Shown here piece by piece: positions 1 to 10,400 of a stretch of 64,000 nucleotides of DNA. Position numbers and translations under genes: made by a program. Origin of the DNA: Candidatus Latescibacterota bacterium (GTDB lineage Bacteria; Latescibacterota; UBA2968; UBA8231); the NCBI GenBank assembly GCA_965223905.1, contig CBDCXV010000002.1, positions 594,985-658,984 on the forward strand. Reading direction: 5' to 3'. The number at the start of each line of letters is the position of its first letter. Position 1 is the stretch's first letter. A model generated the notes under the pieces. That model was given only the letters and a program-made list of their open reading frames with translations. It was not told the DNA's origin and did not search any database.

Positions 1-190
1 GGCGGTCCCCTTCCCAGGCCCCCAGCGTGAGGGATGTTCCTTCCAGCATTCTCCGGACACCCTCGATGCTTCTCTGGTTCGCCCAGCCCGCCTGCCGGAG
101 CAGGCCCATCAGCTGTTTCGGTTCGATCCTTCGGTCAAAAGAATAGCGCGACAGATCCTTAGGTGTCTTCGTCGGTGATCGTCGGGTCGG

Positions 191-297
191 TCGAGAGCCC
201 ATCTCCGGATCCCGTTGACGATCCCGGTTCTTTGGTCGAAGGAGATGCCTGAACGATCGTCGCGTCCATGATAGTACCCTCCCTGAGCAGCAAACCC
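191..297 (-). mobile_element. IS5-family transposase remnant (frameshifted fragment)
   Basis: Manual minus-strand translation gives GLLLREGTIMDATIVQASPSTK, then after a 1-nt shift NRDRQRDPEM. This matches the IS5 GTIVDAT..APSSTKN..RDPEM motif. Confidence 0.75.
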
Positions 298-364
298 CGG
301 TACGAGGGTCGGGACTCCCAGTGCATCCAGGGGATCGAGCTGGTGATCTGCTATGTGTGAGGTG

Positions 365-613
365 TGTTGCAAAATGCGACTCGTGTTCCAAATTGCAACA
401 CATTCCCCGTCCTGCTTCTTATTCTTTTCTATAACTTATTGATAAACAAACAGTTGCAGTTTCTTCTGCCACAGGGCATTCGGTCTTCGGAGCGATGTAC
501 GTGTCGCATTCTGCAACGCTTCCCCAAATCTTGCAAGGAGACTCACATACGATATAACTCTCGCATTTGCAATAAGTTAGTCCGCTTTCTAACAGATTGG
601 CACAGGATTTGCA
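365..613 (+). promoter_or_regulatory. sigma54 promoter module, copy 1 (enhancer sites, IHF-like site, -24/-12)
   Basis: TGGCAC-AGGAT-TTGCA at 598-613 (GG-N10-GC). Three TGTYGCA-N3-TGCRACA-like palindromes at 365-381, 384-400 and 502-518. IHF-like AACTTATTGAT at ~434-444. Confidence 0.8.
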
Positions 614-693
614 GACCGAGTCTTGATATGCAAGACTCTTCCCCCATCACTGCTGAACGATTGAGGAGAGGAAAGCACCATGGAAACGAAAAA

Positions 694-1767
694 ATGGAAA
701 CGAAAAAGATGATCAGCCTGACCCTGGCCGAGCTGCTCGTAGTGAGCTGGGCCTGGGGGGCCGTAGCTGCCGACTGTGAGGCCGCGGACTACCTGCCGCC
801 GGCCGTGGGCAACTCGTGTACTTACAAAGATTCTGCCCATTCGGCCATTGGGGATACCAAGGCTGCCCGGGCGGGGCTAATTCTGGAGACGTACGCGGAT
901 TCAGTCGGTGACCTCGCCGAGCCGCCGCCGGCAGGGGTGATCCTGAAAGGCGGTCAGATCGACAGCAGCAGGGTGGAGGTGGGCGCCTTTGCGGTGGTGA
1001 TCCATGGGCAAGGGGAGCGGCACCCGCTATCCGGGGAGTGGGAAAGGCTGGAGACCGCCCGTGGCTACATCCAGGCCATCAATGGGGAGACGTTGACCCT
1101 ATCCCAGGGACGAGACGGCAGGCTGAAACCCATGGCCCTGGAGCGCATTCAAACGCTGGTCCAGGTAGGGTCACTTTCCCGGAGAGCGACGGGGCGGCCG
1201 CAGAGAGTACGGTCGGATGGGCTGCCACAGGCCCTGGCGGTGGTAGATACGCAACATGTAGAAAGCGGCGCGACGTTGGATAGTCTGGCGGAGAGCAAAG
1301 GAACAAGAACTGGTAAGCGGGTTGCTCTCAAGCTAATCACCGGACCTTTTTTTGGGATGCTGGGGGGCGTGATAGGTGGCTCAAGCTGCGGTAGGAATCA
1401 AGATTTCGACTGTTTGGGACCTGTATTCGGTTATCTGGCCGGAATGGCGATTGGCGTTTCTGCGGTTGACTACAGTGTGGTTGATCCACGATACGACCCC
1501 TCTATGCTGTCCTTCATCGCGGACACAGGCGTGTCCCTGGGCGGCAGTGTAGTGGGATTAAGCAGTGCAGTGTTATTAATGGAAGGCTTTGGGTTGACGA
1601 TGGCCAATCCAGAGGTGCTCTGGCCATCCCTCCTTGCCGGCCCTGTCGTCGGTGCGACGCTGGCGTCGGAATGGTGGCGCAGGTTCTGCGCAGCCCGCGG
1701 TTTCTCAATCGGCTTTGCACCGAACCCGAGGGGCAGCTTGTCCGCGGTCGCCACGCTGCACTTTTGA
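694..1767 (+). CDS. Exported Gly-rich hydrophobic protein with C-terminal beta-hairpin/Phe; chimeric N-terminus
   Basis: The upstream part of ORF 364..1767 is promoter DNA; in-frame ATGs at 694 and 709. Signal peptide, Gly-rich hydrophobic helices and the end FSIGFAPNPRGSLSAVATLHF. Paralogous to 12335 and 13495. Confidence 0.7.
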   Translation: METKKMISLTLAELLVVSWAWGAVAADCEAADYLPPAVGNSCTYKDSAHSAIGDTKAARAGLILETYADSVGDLAEPPPAGVILKGGQIDSSRVEVGAFAVVIHGQGERHPLSGEWERLETARGYIQAINGETLTLSQGRDGRLKPMALERIQTLVQVGSLSRRATGRPQRVRSDGLPQALAVVDTQHVESGATLDSLAESKGTRTGKRVALKLITGPFFGMLGGVIGGSSCGRNQDFDCLGPVFGYLAGMAIGVSAVDYSVVDPRYDPSMLSFIADTGVSLGGSVVGLSSAVLLMEGFGLTMANPEVLWPSLLAGPVVGATLASEWWRRFCAARGFSIGFAPNPRGSLSAVATLHF

Positions 1768-1826
1768 ACAGAGCGCCTGAAGACAGAATTCACTAAAAAA
1801 AGAAGGAGAGTCCACATGGAGGCTGG

Positions 1827-2143
1827 AATTTCGGAACAGCTCTTGGCGTAACAATAGTAGACCCATACGGTAAATTTACCTACATTTACGCATTTGCAGG
1901 AAGTTGGATGGGATTTGAAGCGGGTGGTATACTGGCCACCATAGTACACAATACATTAGTGAATACATCTGAAACCTCAAAAGCAAAGATAGCACTCGGT
2001 TTCTATTTCGGCGTTCCGGCGATCATGGCTGCGCTTGCATCCGAAGGAACGCGCGGTTTCCATGAAGAGGCCCGCTTCTCCGTCGGTCTGACCCCGGACC
2101 GCGGGGAGGTATGTCGGCCGTTTCCACGCTGCGATTTTGGACG
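1827..2143 (+). pseudogene. 3' fragment of a fourth Gly-rich beta-hairpin paralog
   Basis: Reads FGTALGVTIVDPY...LASE...RFSVGLTPDRG, then after a frameshift MSAVSTLRF. Lacks the N-terminal half. Confidence 0.7.
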
Positions 2144-2172
2144 ATGACTCACTCCTGCATGAAGGAGGAAAA

Positions 2173-2370
2173 ATGAGGCTCCTCTGGAGAATCTGTGGGT
2201 TGAGGAGGGGAGGCCTTGACGATGGGGATGGAGGAGGCCAGGTAGCACAGGCGCATCATCCCCCGGTATGTTGGGACAGTCCACCAAGACCGATCCCAAC
2301 CTGTGGAGGGAATGATGCGCCTGATCACGGTACTAAACCGGTGCACGACCTTCAAGAGGTTTGTGTTTGA
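2173..2370 (+). pseudogene. Possible degenerate 5' end of a secreted-protein gene
   Basis: Strong RBS (AAGGAGG) plus ATG at 2173; disrupted signal-like segment ending AQA-HHPP; short. Confidence 0.3.
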
Positions 2371-2400
2371 GGGCAGTCACCCAGTGATCACCGGGTTTAC

Positions 2401-2423
2401 TTACACAATCGGCTAATGCACCC
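2401..2423. repeat. 23-bp motif TTACAMAATCGGCTAATGCACCC, copy 1 (candidate mobile-element end)
   Basis: 22/23 identical to 6320-6342; abuts a truncated gene. Confidence 0.7.
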
Positions 2424-2529
2424 GTCCGGGAGTGGGGGACCACTGCCTCGCGTACCCCAGCGCGCACCGGTCATAGGCGTTCCCGACCAGGGCCCGGTAA
2501 TCGGCCCCGGGGTCAGCGACGATTCTCAT
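2424..2529 (-). pseudogene. N-terminal fragment resembling a class I SAM methyltransferase
   Basis: MRIVADPGADYRALVGNAYDRCALGYAR, cut off at the 23-bp motif. Confidence 0.45.
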
Positions 2530-2649
2530 CGGAAAGGTCTTTTCTCCGGAAGTCGGGTTCGGGAATCTGGAACCGGCTCACGGACGAAGACGGTCCGCCT
2601 TCAAAGGGGCTTTGGCGCCTCGATGCGGTGATCCCCAATGCGTGAGGAC

Positions 2650-2898
2650 TGTCGCAAAATGGGACATTCGTTGAAAAATGCGACACATTCCCCGTCCCCT
2701 CTCCGAATATTCCCTGTAACTTGTTCAAAAACTTACAGTTGAAGTCTCCCCGCAACAGGGCATTCGGTCGTCGGGCGGGATGGGCGTGTCGCATTTTGAA
2801 ACACTTCCCGAAATCTTGCCAGGAAACCCACATACGATATAACTCCCGCATATACCGTATGTTAGTCTGTTTTCAAACAAAATGGCACAGAATTTGCA
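2650..2898 (+). promoter_or_regulatory. sigma54 promoter module, copy 2
   Basis: TGGCAC-AGAAT-TTGCA at 2883-2898. Palindromes at 2650-2666, 2669-2685 and 2787-2803. Colinear with copy 1 at a constant offset of 2285. Confidence 0.8.
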
Positions 2899-3348
2899 AA
2901 CCGGATCTTAACAAGCAGGGAGGGTACAGCGCGCCCGAACCCGGTGATCTACGGATAGGAGAGGTGGGCGCCCATAGCAGAGATAAAGGGGGCAAGGGGG
3001 GATATTTTTGCTCCAAAACAAATTTAGGTATTGGTATTGACAAGGGCATATTGGCGGGGTTTCTTGTTCGGGCCAAGCGAAACCCTGCGCAGTTAGGCGC
3101 AATTACACTTAGGGCGCTGTGTGTAGCGAATGATGGAGTGGGTTTTGGCAGCGGCGAAGGCGCCCTGTGCTCGTGCACTTTCCCCGCGCTCATGCAAAAG
3201 GGCCCGAATCACGTAAGCGGTGGCGGTGTCTGGGCGCTTGTTTTGGCAACCAGAGGGTCATCTTGTGTGCGATGATATCAGTAGAGTAGTCCATAACTTG
3301 GGACGTGAAATTCAGATGCTCGCCACGGTACCCATAGGAGATTACTCG

Positions 3349-3800
3349 ATGAAATGTCGTGGGATGAGATTGCCAATGTTCATGCTCGTTTTTTTGGTTA
3401 GCTATTCAGCCGTTGTGGCCGTCCATGAAATCGATGAGCCCGATTCTCTCCGGTTAGAACTCGATCCGCACGACTACGTCCCATTGGCGGTGGGTAATCG
3501 CTGGACGTACGAGCATCACTATGCGAATGACACGTATCCCGGTACCGAGTCGGAATACCTGAAGGCCTTCGAGATACCGGGTTATCCGCATGGACGGGAC
3601 AATCCCGTTCCGCCGGAATCCCTGACCCATGTAGAAAGGATGTTGACCATTGAAATCACTCATACTGAAATGATCGATGGCTTCGAGTACTATGTCTTTA
3701 GTGACGCGGATTATGCGTGGCCGCCCTTGCCCGAATTGGGACGAAGGGTTTCTGGTTTTTCGATGGGACGGGCAGGATGTTCCAGTGTATGACTTTAAAT
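3349..3800 (+). pseudogene. Secreted protein with DYxPLAVGNxWTY motif, frameshifted/truncated
   Basis: RBS AGGAG plus ATG at 3349; signal peptide; DYVPLAVGNRWTYEH. A plausible continuation DEGFLVFRWDGQDVPVYDF lies in another frame from ~3740. Confidence 0.65.
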
Positions 3801-3840
3801 ACAACTTGGCCAATTCAGGAATCGAAAAGTGATTTTTTCA

Positions 3841-5196
3841 GGCTCATCCGGTTTGAGAGTGGGCCCCCCCAAGATGTAGTGGTATCATAGGGCTGCCGTC
3901 CCTGTCCCACCCTCATCGGGGAGTGCCGTCGTGGAAGACCTCAAGCAGTTCTATGCCCGTCTGTTGCGAATCGAGCGGCCCTGGATCGTCATCGAGGTGC
4001 GGTTTCCGGACCAGGAGCGAGTCGACGTCTACGTGGATCATGAGCGCGGGATCAAGCTGCGCTGCCCTCGGTGCGACGCCTGGTGTCCCGTCTACGACCA
4101 CTGCCCCGAGCGGGAATGGCGGCACCTGGACACGTGCGACGTGCCCACCTACGTCCATACCCGCCTGCCCCGGGTGCAGTGCAAGGTCCACGGCGTGCTG
4201 TCCATCGCCTCGGAGTGGGCCGAGCCCGGCTCGAATCTGACCCGGGCCCTGGAGGCCCACGTCATCGACTTGGCCAAGGAGGCCAGCCTGCAGGCGGTGA
4301 GCCGTCTCACCGGGCTCAGCTGGGACCGCTGTTGGGGGGTCCTGGGCCGCGCCGTCCGCCGGGGCCAGCGCCGCAAGGCGTGGAAGGTGCCGGCCCATCT
4401 CGGCGTCGACGAGAAGGCCTTCGCCAAACGTCATCAGTACATGACCCTGGTCTGTGACCTGGAGACCAAGAGCGTGGAATACGTGGCCGAGGGCCGCCGC
4501 TGGGAGAGCCTGGAGGAGTATTTCCTCCCCTTCGACGAGGAGGAGCTGGAGCGGATCGAGGCCATCTGTGTGGACATGCACGACCCCTACATCGCGGCCG
4601 TGCGAGCCTGGGTGCCCGACGCCCAGGACAAGATCGTGTTCGACAAGTTCCATGTCCTGCGTCTGATGAACGAGGCCGTCGACCGGGTGCGCCGCCAGGA
4701 GCACAAGAAGCTGCGGGCCCAGCACGACGAGGTGCTCAAGGGGACCAAGTATCTCTGGCTCTACCACCCCGACCACATCCCCGAGGCCCTGCTGCCCCGA
4801 TTCGAGGAGCTGCGTCGCATGGACCTGCAGGTCAGCCGCGCCTGGGCCCTCAAGGAGAACTTGCGGCAACTGTGGACCTACCGCCGCGAGGGCTGGGCTC
4901 GTCGCTTCTTCCGACGCTGGTATTTCTGGGCCACCCATAGCCGGCTGCCGCCCGTGATCGCGGTGGCCCGCACCCTGAAGCGGCGGCTCGACAACATCCT
5001 GACCTACCTGCGACACCGGATCACCAACGCCCTCAACGAGTCCCTGAACGCCCAAGTGGAGAAGGTCAAGCGCATGGCCCGCGGCTATCGCAACCGCGCC
5101 CACTTCCAAACCGCCATCTACTTCCATTGCGGCGGACTCGACCTCTATCCACGCCCACAACATGTAGGGGCTACCCACAGTAATTCCCGATGAGCC
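3841..5196 (+). mobile_element. ISL3-family insertion sequence, intact
   Basis: Terminal IRs GGCTCATC...GATGAGCC; 8-bp target duplication TTTTTTCA at 3833-3840 and 5197-5204. Confidence 0.95.
3931..5193 (+). CDS. ISL3-family transposase
   Basis: CPRC zinc finger, WRHLD, LGVDEKAF, DKFHV and TNALNESLN motifs. Confidence 0.95.
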   Translation: MEDLKQFYARLLRIERPWIVIEVRFPDQERVDVYVDHERGIKLRCPRCDAWCPVYDHCPEREWRHLDTCDVPTYVHTRLPRVQCKVHGVLSIASEWAEPGSNLTRALEAHVIDLAKEASLQAVSRLTGLSWDRCWGVLGRAVRRGQRRKAWKVPAHLGVDEKAFAKRHQYMTLVCDLETKSVEYVAEGRRWESLEEYFLPFDEEELERIEAICVDMHDPYIAAVRAWVPDAQDKIVFDKFHVLRLMNEAVDRVRRQEHKKLRAQHDEVLKGTKYLWLYHPDHIPEALLPRFEELRRMDLQVSRAWALKENLRQLWTYRREGWARRFFRRWYFWATHSRLPPVIAVARTLKRRLDNILTYLRHRITNALNESLNAQVEKVKRMARGYRNRAHFQTAIYFHCGGLDLYPRPQHVGATHSNSR

Positions 5197-5203
5197 TTTT
5201 TTC

Positions 5204-5335
5204 ATGACAGCGCGCGTTTTACTGGTAGCCGATCATTCGGTCATGCAGGAAGGGTTGCGGGTATTGCTCGGTCGTGAAGACGATATAAAAGTCGTCGGCG
5301 TGGCCGGGGACGGCCGCACCGCCGTCGAAATGGCC
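5204..5335 (+). pseudogene. NarL/LuxR-type response regulator, N-terminal receiver fragment
   Basis: MTARVLLVADHSVMQEGLRVLL..DIKVVGVAGDGRTAVEMA, then diverges. The ISL3 sits right at the start codon. Confidence 0.8.
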
Positions 5336-5897
5336 CCTGATCATTTCGAAAGACAAAAAGCAGCATTTCGGAAGGCCAATATCAGACATTCGCCCACAGA
5401 CTGGCTCCCGGCTGGTTGCTATCTTCTTGGGCGGCAGGTATCCCAGATTTTTCAGGGACGGTCGGCCGGGGGGTTCCGGCCGGCACATCCGGGTTTCATG
5501 GCCGGCTTAACCAGGGCGCCTGCAACCCATCTGGGCAAGTAATGCACCCTGGGACGTAGTCTTGGTCACTTTGGGGATACTACCCCTAGACATGCCGGCA
5601 ATACTGCGGTGAACGACGCGGTGGACCAGTTCAAGTACGACGACCTGCCGCACCTCTACACGCGTTTCAGGGACGGTCGCCTGATCCCGGTGCCGTCCAG
5701 CTAACGATGGAGGATTTCAAGCGCTTTTTCAGCGGCTTGCCCCCGGCGACCGCCTCGACCGAGACGATGCGCACGCGGCGGGGCCAGCGGCGCTGGCGTT
5801 CGGAGACGCCGTGGACCTCGGCGAGAATGCGCTGAGAGAAAATATAATTTGTGCAAAAGCATAATATATTTTGGCAAATTCAAAGTGCAGTTATAGC

Positions 5898-5995
5898 GGG
5901 GTGACGCCGAGTTCGGCCCCGGCGCGGGCCAAGTTCTGGTGGCGGGCGGCGGCCTCGAAGAAGCGCAGGCTTTCGAGTGGGGGCAGGAGCAGCAC
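5898..5995 (-). pseudogene. LysR (GcvA-like) HTH fragment
   Basis: LPPLESLRFFEAAARHQNLARAGAELGVTP; no effector-binding domain. Confidence 0.8.
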
Positions 5996-6319
5996 GGCAG
6001 CGAAACTTCCGGAAGGGCTTGGGTAAATTGCGGCTATGTGATCGCACATTTTCGCGTGGGGGGGGCAAGCCGGTCTCTGGGGGGAAACCGGGAGAGAGGG
6101 CAAGTCCCCCGGCCGACGCAACATCTATGGGCAAATATAATTTGTCAAACCCCCAGAAGCCAGGGATAGTTTAACTATGTCATAGGCATTGTTAAACTAT
6201 CCCAAATTACACTTATCGCAAATTACACCTTGCCTTTTTGGGGAAATCAGTTAGAATTAAACTTTAATCCGTGAAGCGGGGAGCCTGATTTTTTTTGCTT
6301 GTCGAGGGGAAACTAGGGG

Positions 6320-6342
6320 TTACAAAATCGGCTAATGCACCC
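6320..6342. repeat. 23-bp motif, copy 2 (candidate mobile-element end)
   Basis: TTACAAAATCGGCTAATGCACCC; precedes an orphan gene tail. Confidence 0.7.
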
Positions 6343-6354
6343 TGTCGACCTACC

Positions 6355-6474
6355 GGATTCACGGACTACGAGGACGAACCAGACGATTCCGGCCAGCCCC
6401 CCGGTGCAGCTACGGTTTCTGCCACTGCAAGCCGCTCCTGGGGATTCGTCAAGGATTTGTTTTTAAATCGCTAA
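6355..6474 (+). pseudogene. Orphan 3' end of a paralog of the 6521 gene (SWG tail)
   Basis: GFTDYEDEPDDSGQPPGAATVSATASRSWGFVKDLFLNR* versus ...ARSWGSLKDLFRNR* of 6521..7432. Confidence 0.75.
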
Positions 6475-6520
6475 GCAACACCCCTCCCGATCATACTTTC
6501 ATGCGAAAGGAGCCGCAGCC

Positions 6521-7432
6521 ATGAACCGCCGCATTTTTGCGCTCGTCCTGCTGTTGACCTGGCCCGCTGGCGGCCACGAACTGAATAACACGGTCTATCC
6601 GGCGTTTCAGTGGCCGTGGGGTGCAGATGAAATTCTGGTCGACGGCGTCATCGACGATTTGGCCATTGTTCCTTTGTTCGAATTTGGCCATTGGATTTCG
6701 TCTACGGAGCTTCGAAATGAAGAAGGGGAAGCCCCCGACCCCAATTCTCTGTATTCCGAAATTCTCGTCCTCTGGGACGACTACACCAACAGGATATATC
6801 TGCTGGAATTTCGGTATGACGACCATGTGTATCAGTCCAGCGACCTAGATGGCGACATCTTCCTCCTCAAGGCAGGTTTGAACCCCGAGGGTAGCGCGAC
6901 CCAAGCCCATTTCATGGGCGTGAGACCGGACTCGATTTATTTGGCTCCGCTTCGAAATACCTGGCACGACGAGCCTCCCTATGTAGAAAAGGCTTTCTCG
7001 TCCATCGACAAAATGTGGCCTGGTACATTCCCGGAAGCGACGGTGTACGAGGATTGGCTGTACATCGAATCGAGCTGGACCCTGTGGGAAGAATTGGTCT
7101 ATGGGGAGTCTGGCGAAGTGCAATCGGCGGTGGAGTTCGACCTGGAAGAAGGCCAGATCATCGGTCTCGCATGGGAGTATTGGGATCTCGACCGCTCGAA
7201 AGGCCCGGGCCCCGAAGTCTGGTACAGCGTCGACCATAGGCCCGGATTGACTCGCTTCGAAAATTGGGCCCTGTCCGCTTTTCTGCTGGAACCCGAGACC
7301 CCTGGGTTCTATGGTTGGGTTTACGGATTCCAGGATCCACCTAGCCTACCCGAAGACGACGGATCCGAGGATGATTCCGCGGTTGTTGCCCGCAGCTGGG
7401 GATCCCTCAAGGACCTGTTTCGGAATCGTTGA
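6521..7432 (+). CDS. Secreted protein, possible CBM9/DOMON-like beta-sandwich, with C-terminal SWGxLK tail
   Basis: RBS AAGGAG; signal peptide; vDGvidD and LEEGQIIGL motifs. Homologous to the N-terminal third of 37041..39248. Confidence 0.7.
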   Translation: MNRRIFALVLLLTWPAGGHELNNTVYPAFQWPWGADEILVDGVIDDLAIVPLFEFGHWISSTELRNEEGEAPDPNSLYSEILVLWDDYTNRIYLLEFRYDDHVYQSSDLDGDIFLLKAGLNPEGSATQAHFMGVRPDSIYLAPLRNTWHDEPPYVEKAFSSIDKMWPGTFPEATVYEDWLYIESSWTLWEELVYGESGEVQSAVEFDLEEGQIIGLAWEYWDLDRSKGPGPEVWYSVDHRPGLTRFENWALSAFLLEPETPGFYGWVYGFQDPPSLPEDDGSEDDSAVVARSWGSLKDLFRNR

Positions 7433-7460
7433 ACCCGCCCCTCCCGAAGAAAGGGATCTG

Positions 7461-10400
7461 ATGATCCGGCTGTTGCCCGTGTTGCTTGCCCTGATGCCTG
7501 TATCCGCTCTGGCATTCGTGTGCGGATTCGCACTCGACGAAACCGATGAGCAGGCGGCTGCCGCAAAGGCGGCTGCCGGGTCGATTGATTTCACCCAGGA
7601 CGACATAAGCCTGTTGCTTCTGTTTGGAACGTACCAGGGTGATACGACCGGGCCAATTTCTCTGTCCGGAAGCAACATCTCTGGCTCGGCAGGCGATTCT
7701 GATGATGTCCCGATGTATTCGCCGTCTGATTTTTTCGACATCGGCATGCCGGGCAGCCTTTCCCACTACATGCGGGAAATGTCCGGAAACGATCTCACGA
7801 TCACGGGCACCCCCGATGACCTCATGACAACGTGGCATCAGTCAACGACGGGAACGGAATTTGCCGCTTACAACAACGGACCAGACGATTGCCCTGGTGG
7901 CGTAGGTCCTATGAAAACTTTTGCACGTGAAGTCCTTGCCGCAGCCTATAATGAACACGGCGGAGATGACAGGATTCCCTTTGAGGACTACGATGCGCTT
8001 GGCGTGGTGATTCCGAAGGATTTTAAGAAATGCGCCAATGGAACCGTCATCTTGAGCTACCCTTTCGATGTTCCCGGGCAGTCGGCGGAATACCGGAAGG
8101 TGCTGATCATTACGCTGGAAAAGTTCGACCGCATGGTGGGGTTCATGGCTCATGAGTACGGTCATTTCATGGGCCTGCCGGAATTGTTCGATCGCAGCCA
8201 CCGTCAACCCCGACTCCGGGAGCGTGCCGACCTGAGAGCCGATCGGCTGAAAGAGGACGACATAGACGACCTGTCAGAGGCTCGGCTCCACGCCCAGGAA
8301 GAACACGACCTGTATCTTCACAGCGCCGGTCTGGGGTTCTGGGGCCTGATGGCCGGCGGTGCCCGCGGGTGGCAGGTGGTAGACCAGGAGGTGCAAAACG
8401 AGGACGAGTCGACCGAGACCACGTTCTTTCATTTTCCGGCCCCGCATCCCATGACCGCATGGTCTCGACTGGAGGTCGGCTGGCTGGACGAGAATGTCAT
8501 CCAGGGGAACTCCACGGTCACCGTCAAGGACATATCCGAAGAAAGCGAGGCGTACAAGATCCCGATCTCCGGGACCGATCAGTATTTCCTGTTCGAAAAC
8601 CGCCAGAACACCTACGACGCAGATGACGACAACTCCGTGGGCAGTCCGTATGCCGAACACGATCCGAAAAGCGGACTGTTCATATGGCACGTGGACGAAA
8701 ATACGGGCATCGGCAACGATGCCAACGAATGGGAGGAGCGCAAGCGTGTCGACTTGGAATGCGCCGACGGGCTGAGCCTGGGCCATTCGACCACCGGTGC
8801 GGCGGACTCGGAAACCGGGCTGGATGGTATGGACAGACGGCACCACGTGCCGGACGAACGATTTGACCCCCAGGAGTTTGGAGGCGACAACGGCGACGCG
8901 GGCGACCTGTGGGACGGCACTGCGGGCAAAAGGAAGTTCACGCCGGATTCCAACCCGTCGAGCAACGGCTACGAGACGTGGACAAAACCCACGGAAAAGT
9001 TCCGGGAGATTTTTAGTGGCGAGGTCGGATTCGATCCGGAACTGGGTTCGGGCGATACCCTGCTTGCGGGGTACGGAAAGCCCCAAAACGTCTTTTCCGG
9101 CATCTATATCGAAAACATCCGAAGCAACGAATCTCCGGCCGGCTCCATGAGCTTCGACGTCCTTTTCGCTCCGATGGCCCCGCAAAACCTGGAAGCCCTG
9201 TCCGGCGGGCGGCTGGTGGAGCTCATGTGGGATCCCCCGGCGAACAGCGATTTTGCCGGTATTTCTTCCTGGACCGTCCGGTACCGCTTGAAGCCCCCGG
9301 GTTCCATCGTCGAACGGGGGCCCCGCAGACCCGAATGGACCGACATCGAGAATCTGGCTGCGGACACCGGGTTGTACGTGGTCAGAAACCTGGAAAACGA
9401 ACGAACCTATGAGTTTGAAGTTTTCGCCACGGGCAGCGACTACGAGAATCCGGACGGCACCGAGTACAGCAAGAAAAGAGGCGAGCGGGCCCGGGTGGAA
9501 GGCACTCCTGACCGGGTCATGTTCGTGGGAAAAGAATCGATTGACACCAAGGAGGTGATCCTGCCGGACCCCGACTGGGACGTGTCTCTGGACCTGTACG
9601 AGCTGGCCGCGGGTACGAACTGGATGCTGAAAAGCTCCGAGGAGAACGGCACGGACCACGAGCTGTTCCAGCTGAAGGGATCGGGCGGCTCCCGGGATCT
9701 TCACTTCAGGGATCCGCCCGACTTCGAGCACTCGCGGTATGCGAGCGCGGACCGGACGCACAACATCGTCATCCAGGCCACGGTCGGGGGGACCGATTAC
9801 ACGAAGAACGTCTCCGTAACGATCGAAAACCTGGAGGAGGAAGGTTCCGTTACGCTGTCGACCGAGGATGCTCGAGCGGGCCAGCCGATTACGGCGACCC
9901 TGACGGATCCGGACATTGTCGATACCGAATCGGTCACGTGGCAGTGGAAAAGGGAAGTATGGAAGGAGGTGGAAGGAGGTGGCCACTCCCTCTCATACCC
10001 CGAGGACGAACTCATCGATGGGGCTACCTCCGCTGGAGCTACCTCCGCAACGTATGAGCCCACAGGCGAAGATGTCGGGTTCCGGCTCAAGGCGACCGCT
10101 TCCTACACGGACGGAGAAAGCGGCAGCACCCGTCGGGAGAAAAGCTCCGAAAAAACTCTCAAAACGAAGGGACCCTTGGTCTCGCCCATGGACGTCGAGT
10201 TTGCCGAAAAGGATACCCAGCCCGTGGGGACGGCCGTCGTGAATGACGCAGATGGCAACGCGGTTACCGAAAACGTGACCTGGTCCCTGGACCTGGACCG
10301 GGGAACCGAACAGCAGGACGAGGCCGAGTTCACGATCTCGACGGGCGGCGTGCTGGAGTTCAAGGAGCCGCCCAATTACGAGAAGCCCACATCGGTCGTC

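Noticed and set aside
2721-3275. ORF sharing 'FPKSC.ETHIRYNSRI' with the N-terminus of ORF 364..1767
   Set aside because: The similarity is a by-product of the duplicated non-coding sigma54 module. There is no RBS, the start is TTG, and conservation tracks the DNA motifs.
5605-5703. Coding-like stretch AVNDAVDQFKYDDLPHLYTRFRDGRLIPVPSS*
   Set aside because: Probably a gene tail, but I cannot assign a family, so it is not listed as a feature.
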